A DNA stretch of 43,455 nt from Thermoplasmatota archaeon (lineage in GTDB: Archaea; Thermoplasmatota; Penumbrarchaeia; Penumbrarchaeales; Penumbrarchaeaceae): positions 1 to 43,455 of the forward strand of contig CBDDUX010000034.1 in NCBI GenBank assembly GCA_965234725.1, in the 5' to 3' direction. Position numbers and translations under genes: made by a program. The notes beneath the pieces are model-generated. The model was not told the origin of the DNA. It ran no database searches and saw only the letters and a program-made list of their open reading frames with translations. Positions 36,952-43,455 of the stretch are shown here, one piece after another (the stretch's first letter is position 1; every line of letters begins with the position of its first letter).

Positions 36952-38601
36952 TCAGCTTGAAGATTCCCTCAGTTCCTTTCTCTTGATCTTTCCTGAGATG
37001 GTCTTGGGAAGCTCCTTGACATACTCGACTATCCTGGGATACTTGTAAGGGGCGGTCGTCTCCTTAACATGGTCCTGAATATCCTTTGTGAGTTCATCAG
37101 AGGGCTTGTATCCCTTGGCCAGAATGATGTAGGCTTTGACGAGGATCCCTCTTACACCCTTCGGATCAGGGGCTCCCACAACAGCGCATTCCGCAACTGC
37201 CGGATGCTCCTGCAGGGCCGATTCAACTTCGAAGGGACCGATCCGGTAACCTGATGATTTTATGACATCGTCATCCCTGCCTACGAACCAGAAATATCCA
37301 TCCTCGTCACGATAGGCCCTGTCTCCTGTGAAATAGAAGTCATGATGGAAGGCCCTTTTCATGGCATCAGGGTCCTTCCAGTATTCCTTCATCAGGCCGG
37401 GTGGCCTGTCATCACCGAGGTATATCGCAATGTTGCCCTCTTCTCCCGGAGGAAGCTCTTTGCCTTCATCATCCACGATCCTCACATCATGACCGGGTGT
37501 TGGTTTCCCCACGGAACCATATTTTATTGGCATGAAGGGGAAATTGGAAAGAACACAGACTGTCTCGGTCTGACCAAAGAAATCGTAGATGTCAAGGTTG
37601 AATGTCTCCTTCCATACTTTGATGACCTCGGGATTTAGAGGTTCTCCCGCGGACATACAGTGCCTTAATTTCAGATCGTATTTGGTTAGGTCCTGCTGGA
37701 TCAGCAGCCTGTATACTGTCGGTGGTGCGCAAAAGGAGGTGACTCCCTGCTTCGCCATTGCTTTCAGAAGACCGTCCGGATCGAACCTACCGGGTGTTTC
37801 CCACTGGATGATGGCCGCTCCGACTATCATCTGACCGAATAGTTTTCCCCATGCGGCTTTTGCCCATCCGGTTTCCGAGATGGTCCAGTGCAGGTCGCAG
37901 GAGGTAAGGGACTGGGCGAACTTTGCCGTAACGTAGTGTCCCAGAGGATAGGAGTGTGTATGGAGGACCATCTTCGGATTTCCCGTGGTACCTGAAGTGA
38001 AGTAGAGAAGCATGGGATCCGATGTCTTGGTCCTTTCAACCTTTTTCATATCCAGGTCCCTATTTACTTTTTCCATCTCATCTTTATAATTCAACCATTC
38101 GAGAACAGGCCCGTCAACAACCATCTTGTGTTCAAGTGTGGGACATTCGATCGCAACTCTTTCGACCCTTCCAACATGGGCAACATCGGTTATCACCATG
38201 TTGGCCTCCGCTCTGTTGATCCTGTACTTGATGTCCTTGGAAGTGAGTAGAACTGTACCTGGCATGGGAACGACACCTAATTTGAACATTGCTATCATTG
38301 TAACATACCATTCGGGTATCGATTCCAGCATGACAAGTATCCTGTCGCCTTTCTTCACTCCGAGTTCTAAAAGGACATTTGCGAACTTGTCAGAGAGGAC
38401 CTTCAGATCGTAGAAGGTATGATAGTTCGATTTTGAACCGTCACCATGCAAGGATACAAGGGACAGCTTTGTTCTGTCCTTTGCCCATTCATCAACTACA
38501 TCGAATCCGAAATTGTAGTACTCCGGAATATCCCATTCGAACTCCTTGTAAAGTGTATCATAGTCCATATCTGTAACAGTGCTGCATCTTTGCTGTGACA
38601 T
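36952..38601 (-). CDS. AMP-forming acyl-CoA synthetase (short/medium-chain, MACS-like)
   Basis: YFTSGTTGNPK, SAGEPLNPE, FGQTET, TGD, GRDDDVIKSSGYRIGPFEVES, LPKTISGKI. GGAGGG SD before ATG 38601 (ORF track: 38634). Confidence 0.95.
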   Translation of the reverse strand: MSQQRCSTVTDMDYDTLYKEFEWDIPEYYNFGFDVVDEWAKDRTKLSLVSLHGDGSKSNYHTFYDLKVLSDKFANVLLELGVKKGDRILVMLESIPEWYVTMIAMFKLGVVPMPGTVLLTSKDIKYRINRAEANMVITDVAHVGRVERVAIECPTLEHKMVVDGPVLEWLNYKDEMEKVNRDLDMKKVERTKTSDPMLLYFTSGTTGNPKMVLHTHSYPLGHYVTAKFAQSLTSCDLHWTISETGWAKAAWGKLFGQMIVGAAIIQWETPGRFDPDGLLKAMAKQGVTSFCAPPTVYRLLIQQDLTKYDLKLRHCMSAGEPLNPEVIKVWKETFNLDIYDFFGQTETVCVLSNFPFMPIKYGSVGKPTPGHDVRIVDDEGKELPPGEEGNIAIYLGDDRPPGLMKEYWKDPDAMKRAFHHDFYFTGDRAYRDEDGYFWFVGRDDDVIKSSGYRIGPFEVESALQEHPAVAECAVVGAPDPKGVRGILVKAYIILAKGYKPSDELTKDIQDHVKETTAPYKYPRIVEYVKELPKTISGKIKRKELRESSS

Positions 38602-38724
38602 CTTGATCCCTCCAGTAAATGCCGTTAAAATCATTCTACTGGTCCCTGTTCATAAAAGAACATGGGCGTATGTACGGGTAAATTCTAACATTACTTAACC
38701 CTTATCGTATAGATGTCAAGGAGG

Positions 38725-40182
38725 TCATCTCTTCTTCTCTGGGGCGGGGATCTTCTCATGGATCCTTCCTACGTTCCTTGCCAGATCTATGTAGCATTCC
38801 ATATCTGTTGTAGCGTTAAGGACAAGCTTGGCTCCGTCAGGTGAGCCGCCTCCATGCATACATCCCGGGACACCTCCCCCGATGGTGAGCCATTCTACCA
38901 ACCTTGCGATCCTGGCTCTGGTATCTCCGTCAACCGCTCCCTTGAGATACTTCCTCAAAAGGTCACCGTATTCGGGGGAATGGAGGTCCTCGCATGACGG
39001 AACACATCCGGTCTCAGCAATCCCTCCCGAGATATCCTGAGCTATCCTCTTGGTATCGTATGGAAGTGTGGCCACATGGACCTTGTTCACATTGGAGAGG
39101 GTTGCATTCGGGATCCATACGCCGGAGGGGTGAAGCTTCCCAAGTGCCGAAGCCGCTATCCCCATGCCGTAGGTGGTCTCATTGTTGATGACCATCTGAG
39201 TTATCTTGTCCTTGAAAACCTTCTCATGAAGGCCATTGGCCCTTGCCATCAAGGCTGATGCACCCACTATCACATCGCCCTGACCTGCAACGCAGCCGCC
39301 AATGGCCGACCTGTAGGATGCAATGAAGTTTAATACAGCCTTCATGGAGTACTTCCACTCACCGGCCATGAAGACCCTCTCGTTTGGGATGAATACATCG
39401 TCGAAAAGCAGATACGCCTGGGTTATACCCCCATACTCCACCGGATTATCGAAACCGCATTCATGATCCCTAGAATCCGAAGGATGTCTGGCTTCGATTA
39501 CAGTCAGGTTCTCAGCATCTCTTTGGATCACGAATGAGACCGCATAATCCGCATCAGGTTCCTTGTAACCCGTTCCGGGGAGTATGATTATCTCGTTTGC
39601 GGCAGCAACACCCGCTATCATCACTTTGGCTCCCCTGACAACGATGCCGTCATCTCTCCGCTCCACAATGCGGAGGGACATGTCCGGGTCCTCCTGCTGT
39701 GAAGGAGGTAGGGACCTGTTTCCCTTGGGGTCCGTTAGAGCTCCAGCGAGGGTGATATCTGTCCTCTGAGCATTTTCCAGCCAGGTTCTCAACCTCTGGT
39801 GATAATCAGTTCCGAGTTCCTTGTCGATGTCGTATGTGGTCGCCCACATTGCATTGATCCCGTTGAAGCCTACACATCTTCCACCGGTGCAGGTTCCTGT
39901 CAGATTGAACATCAGGCGCTTCATCCTGACGTTCTTGATCATATCTTCCATGGAGCCAACTATCGAGAGATATCTGGAGATCGTCTCACCTGTAATGTGT
40001 GATGTTGTTGTGAGAAGGTCTTTGAATTCCTCTTTCTGGGCCGAGTCGAAGATCTGGGCATGTCCCTCGATACATCTTCTGGTGGAGGGATGTATTGTAA
40101 TATCTTCTATCAGCTCGCCGAACTTGTAAACGTTCTTCCTCATGGCCTTCAGAGAGGCCCTGTACTCATCCGATGTTCTCAT
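38725..40182 (-). CDS. 4-hydroxybutyryl-CoA dehydratase (AbfD)/HpaB-family flavoprotein, divergent
   Basis: ALTDPKGNRS, IVVRGAK, LFDDVFIPNERVFMAGE, AQDISGG, MHGGGSP; Cys motifs CTGGRC and GGC. Confidence 0.88.
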   Translation of the reverse strand: MRTSDEYRASLKAMRKNVYKFGELIEDITIHPSTRRCIEGHAQIFDSAQKEEFKDLLTTTSHITGETISRYLSIVGSMEDMIKNVRMKRLMFNLTGTCTGGRCVGFNGINAMWATTYDIDKELGTDYHQRLRTWLENAQRTDITLAGALTDPKGNRSLPPSQQEDPDMSLRIVERRDDGIVVRGAKVMIAGVAAANEIIILPGTGYKEPDADYAVSFVIQRDAENLTVIEARHPSDSRDHECGFDNPVEYGGITQAYLLFDDVFIPNERVFMAGEWKYSMKAVLNFIASYRSAIGGCVAGQGDVIVGASALMARANGLHEKVFKDKITQMVINNETTYGMGIAASALGKLHPSGVWIPNATLSNVNKVHVATLPYDTKRIAQDISGGIAETGCVPSCEDLHSPEYGDLLRKYLKGAVDGDTRARIARLVEWLTIGGGVPGCMHGGGSPDGAKLVLNATTDMECYIDLARNVGRIHEKIPAPEKKR

Positions 40183-40728
40183 CTATTCTCCCTCCTTCAT
40201 CTTGAATATCCATTCGCACCATCTGCCCTCTTCCAGTTCATCCGGTGGACACTGGTTGCATATAACCTCGATATTTTCATTGAATACATTTGCAAAAGCT
40301 TTCAGAAAACCCCATCTGACCCTCTTGCATGGAAAGACTTCCAGCTCATCCTTTACCCTGGTGTTCTGTATCCTGCATTCCACGTTCTTCAGGAGAACGG
40401 ACCCGTCTTTCCTTTCTTCCCAGACCTTGTCTTCCAGGTCCATCGCCCATCCTGAATATTTCAGGCCCTTTATCATTGAAGGAAGGTCCTCTCCGAGAGA
40501 TAAAAACTTCTTGAGCCTTCTTCCCTCTATCTTCCCCATTATCTTCCAGACATTGGCATCTATCTGTGTCGCTGCTTCCGTTCCGAACTGTTCTTCAATT
40601 CCGAGAAAATAGAGTCCGTCAACCGCCCACATATTTCTTAGATGCATGAAGGTCAATTCTGCGAAACGGTCCTCTCCGATCTCTTTTAAAAGTTCCCTTT
40701 CTTCTTTTCTTTCTCCCATTGATATCAC
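40183..40728 (-). CDS. DUF6125-family protein
   Basis: NMWAVDGLYFLGIEEQFG, CRIQNTR, FPCK, CPPD...WCEWIF. Alternative start at ATG 40719; abuts the downstream gene. Confidence 0.78.
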   Translation of the reverse strand: MISMGERKEERELLKEIGEDRFAELTFMHLRNMWAVDGLYFLGIEEQFGTEAATQIDANVWKIMGKIEGRRLKKFLSLGEDLPSMIKGLKYSGWAMDLEDKVWEERKDGSVLLKNVECRIQNTRVKDELEVFPCKRVRWGFLKAFANVFNENIEVICNQCPPDELEEGRWCEWIFKMKEGE

Positions 40729-41031
40729 TGCCCAATGAAAAGTGGAATGCTCCGTCGAGGGGGATGGGTTATGAGACCATAAGGTTTATCGTGGTGATGG
40801 ATGCACCCACACCCGATTTAATTAATTATCAAATGACATCTTATTGTAGTACAGAAGTTTTCATCGATCACATATTTTCTGAAATCTGCGTTTAAACATG
40901 AATATATGAAACATTTAGATAAATTATTTATTACAGATTAATGATCTCTATATTAATTAGTATAAACTTTTAAAAATGTTGTTAGAAAAGAGGATATCAG
41001 TTTGGATGATATCAAATTATCAGGTGAGGGC

Positions 41032-41592
41032 ATGGAGCGATGTGGCTGGTGTGTCGAGAATGAGATCTATGAAAGATATCATGACACAGAATGGGGAGTT
41101 CCGGTACATGATGACAGAAAACATTTCGAGTTCCTGGTTCTGGAATCCGCACAGGCAGGACTGAGCTGGCTCACGATCCTGAAAAGAAGAGAAGGATACA
41201 GAAAAGCATTCGCTGACTATGATCCTGAGATCGTGGCAAGTTATGATCATAATAAGATCGAGGAGCTTGTAAAGGACCCTTCCATAATCAGGAACAGGAT
41301 GAAGATAGAGGCTGTTGTCAACAATGCAAAGAGGTTCCTTGAGATACAGCAGGAGTTCGGGTCCTTCGATAGATACATCTGGGGATTCGTTGGAGACAGT
41401 TCTGTCGTGAATGAGTGGAAGGAATTGAAAGAGCTCCCGGCAAAGACAGACCTTTCAGATGAAGTAAGCAAGGACCTGAAGAAAAGGGGATTCAAGTTCG
41501 TTGGTTCAACCATAATATATGCTCATCTTCAGGCTACCGGTATTGTCAATGACCACCTTGTCAGTTGTTTCAGATATGAGGAGCTGAAATGA
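41032..41592 (+). CDS. tag: DNA-3-methyladenine glycosylase I
   Basis: RCGW, YHDTEWG, LESAQAGLSWLTILKRR, IIRNR, KKRGFKFVG, GIVNDHLVSC; GGTGAGG SD before ATG 41032. Confidence 0.96.
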   Translation: MERCGWCVENEIYERYHDTEWGVPVHDDRKHFEFLVLESAQAGLSWLTILKRREGYRKAFADYDPEIVASYDHNKIEELVKDPSIIRNRMKIEAVVNNAKRFLEIQQEFGSFDRYIWGFVGDSSVVNEWKELKELPAKTDLSDEVSKDLKKRGFKFVGSTIIYAHLQATGIVNDHLVSCFRYEELK

Positions 41593-41599
41593 AAAAACT

Positions 41600-42169
41600 C
41601 TAATTACTCATTGTAGCTGATCTTCTCTTTCCATCTATCAATTGTTGGGATGAGTTTTGACTTTCCTTCTTCGAAGGTGATATCAGCAGATATAACAGAA
41701 GGAATAATGACTGGAAGACCAAGTATCCGATCATGATGAAGAAAAACAAATTGTCCATTCCCACAAAAGGACCTTTAATTACCTGGATGATCGGATTGAA
41801 AATGAATAGAACGATCGCTGAGGCCGTAAGTGATATTGCGGAAGTACCCAGCAGCCATTTCTTCGAATAACCTGCCATTCTAAGGAATGAGTTGGCCATC
41901 ATTGTCCCACCCGAAAAGGAAAGAAGGAATGTCATAACGATGACATTGAAGAAAGAGGCTAAGATGGAAATGATGAAGTCTCCAATTGGGTATAATGAGA
42001 TGGGGAACACGTGGTAGCTGATTGAATATGCTATGAATAGGAGGGTTATAAATGGAACAACGATGAGTAATACCATCAGAATTATTACAGGATAGGATCC
42101 CAGTATCAAAGCTCCAATGCCTCCCAGGATTATATTTATCAGCGGAAGGCCCTCTCTTTTCCAGTCCAT
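41600..42169 (-). CDS. Hypothetical polytopic membrane protein
   Basis: About 5 hydrophobic helices; GGAGG SD before ATG 42169 (ORF track: 42220). Confidence 0.65.
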   Translation of the reverse strand: MDWKREGLPLINIILGGIGALILGSYPVIILMVLLIVVPFITLLFIAYSISYHVFPISLYPIGDFIISILASFFNVIVMTFLLSFSGGTMMANSFLRMAGYSKKWLLGTSAISLTASAIVLFIFNPIIQVIKGPFVGMDNLFFFIMIGYLVFQSLFLLLYLLISPSKKESQNSSQQLIDGKRRSATMSN

Positions 42170-42318
42170 GATCCTTCCTCCTTTCAGGGGAATCATTTGA
42201 TAATTATCTTTCCCGGCCATGAGTGTTCAAACTATGAATCCATATAGATTAACAGAATATTTTTCATGTTGTAAACGTAGAATAACTTCAATATGAATGT
42301 CCGTTTTACAATACTCCA

Positions 42319-43194
42319 ATGTTCCATGATATCTACGAAGGTAACATCTTCAGACCTCCCTCTGAAGCAAGATCTTTGATCCTTCAGGTAACGATTGGAT
42401 GTTCATGGAACAGGTGCACCTTCTGTACCGCTTTCGACGGAAAAGAATTCAGGTCAAAGTGCCTGGATGATGTAAAGAAAGATGTCGAGAAGATATATTC
42501 TTACTACAAAGATATTGACAGGATATTCCTTGCGGATGCTAATGCTCTGTGCATGGATACCGATGAAATAGTCTCCACCATGGAATATCTCCATTCCAAA
42601 TTTCACAACCTTCAACGGATCACACTCTACGGAGGACCTATAGATATCCATAAGAAGACCGTGGAGGACCTGAAACGATTGAAGGAAGCGGGCCTTCACA
42701 TTATCTACCTTGGATTGGAGAGCGGATCCGAAGAGGTCCTTAAACGGGTATGCAAGGGGGCTACGCCTGAAATGATGATAGAAGGCGGGAGGAAGGTGAG
42801 GGAGGCTGGGATCGAACTCTCTGTGATGGTGATCCTGGGTCTGGGTGGGCAGGAGCTTTCGAAGGAACATGCTGAAGCATCTGCAAAGGTCCTCTCCGCC
42901 ATGGATCCCGATTACGCGGCAGCACTGACCCTCCTTCTCGAACCGGGAGCGGAGATACTGAGAGATATCGAAGTAGGAAGTATGACCCTCATCACTCCCG
43001 AGCAGTCGCTTCAGGAGATCAGGACCATCATCGAAAAAATGGATGTCACAAACTGCGTTTTCAGGTCCAATCATCCTTCGAACTATGTCCCCATCAAAGG
43101 GAACTTGCCTGAAGATAGGGATAAAATGATCCAAGAGATCGATGAGGCACTAAAAGGATCGAGGTTCAGGCCCGAAGGGTGGAGAGTCCTCTAA
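42319..43194 (+). CDS. Radical SAM protein
   Basis: CSWNRCTFC; RPPSEA, IFLADAN, YLGLESG, FRSNHPSNY. Confidence 0.92.
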   Translation: MFHDIYEGNIFRPPSEARSLILQVTIGCSWNRCTFCTAFDGKEFRSKCLDDVKKDVEKIYSYYKDIDRIFLADANALCMDTDEIVSTMEYLHSKFHNLQRITLYGGPIDIHKKTVEDLKRLKEAGLHIIYLGLESGSEEVLKRVCKGATPEMMIEGGRKVREAGIELSVMVILGLGGQELSKEHAEASAKVLSAMDPDYAAALTLLLEPGAEILRDIEVGSMTLITPEQSLQEIRTIIEKMDVTNCVFRSNHPSNYVPIKGNLPEDRDKMIQEIDEALKGSRFRPEGWRVL

Positions 43195-43211
43195 ATTTAG
43201 GTTCGACCTTC

Positions 43212-43401
43212 TCAATCCGGAAATTGAGTAATCAGATCCATTGTAGAATATACCTTTATCTTATCTTGATTCTTAAGCATTTTATCATTCGTCCATAATG
43301 ATGCTCCGGTCAGCATTGAAACAGCAAAATATAGACTGTCATTTTGATCAGGAGAAATGATTTCAGCTTTGTCTAAAATGAAAACAATTTCTTCTATTGG
43401 G
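43212..43401 (-). pseudogene. C-terminal part of a PIN-domain (VapC-like) gene, truncated or interrupted
   Basis: PIEEI...DKAEIISPDQNDSLYFAVS...LWTNDKMLK resembles archaeal PIN C-termini; the N-terminal acidic motif is absent. Confidence 0.65.
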
Positions 43402-43455
43402 GAGCCTGTCTGAGAAATATGAATGTAGACGCAGATTGAAAAATGCATAATCGTA
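43402..43455. mobile_element. Possible IS terminal inverted repeat
   Basis: GAGCCTGTCTGAGAAAT starts where PIN similarity stops; resembles GAG(C/G)CTG-type ends of IS5/IS1182-like elements. Confidence 0.35.

Noticed and set aside
38725-40182. Gene symbol abfD or hpaB
   Set aside because: Key catalytic residues differ from AbfD, and the retained Cys motifs argue against an HpaB oxygenase.
344-43134. Many 60-230 aa overlapping or antisense ORFs in the track (e.g. 21576-22229, 42454-43134, 40142-40612)
   Set aside because: They lie within well-supported genes, lack motifs, and show the Ser/Ile/Pro bias expected from the reverse frame of acidic proteins.
43195-43212. GGTTCGA resembling a tRNA T-loop or att site
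   Set aside because: No cloverleaf or acceptor stem can be built; only a tiny hairpin between convergent stops.

Overview
Gene-dense prokaryotic region, most likely from a Thermoplasmatota-like archaeon. This is inferred from TATA-like promoters, GGAGGT-type SD sites, and very large acidic single-pass surface proteins with many N-x-S/T sequons and cytoplasmic zinc ribbons. About 23 CDSs are present. Giant surface proteins dominate (cadherin/PKD, GLUG, beta-propeller, C25 peptidase, FN3, FG-GAP, BNR). The rest includes a GT-C glycosyltransferase, a FrhB-like protein, an MBL hydrolase, an orphan histidine kinase, an M14 carboxypeptidase-SNF transporter operon, a DUF6125/AbfD-like/acyl-CoA ligase cluster, tag, a radical SAM gene and a truncated PIN gene. 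The top finding is 1585-5298, a Toll-like-receptor-shaped protein: signal peptide, GLUG repeat solenoid, cadherin-like stalk, one TM helix and a cytoplasmic TIR domain that retains the catalytic Glu. Other findings are a -1 frameshift at an A11 tract that hides a third zinc ribbon, an AbfD homologue with a rewired active site, a C25 peptidase lacking its catalytic His, a probable CTG start, and a possible IS end interrupting the PIN gene. All domain calls come from motif recognition by eye; no searches were run. No rRNA, tRNA or CRISPR array was seen.
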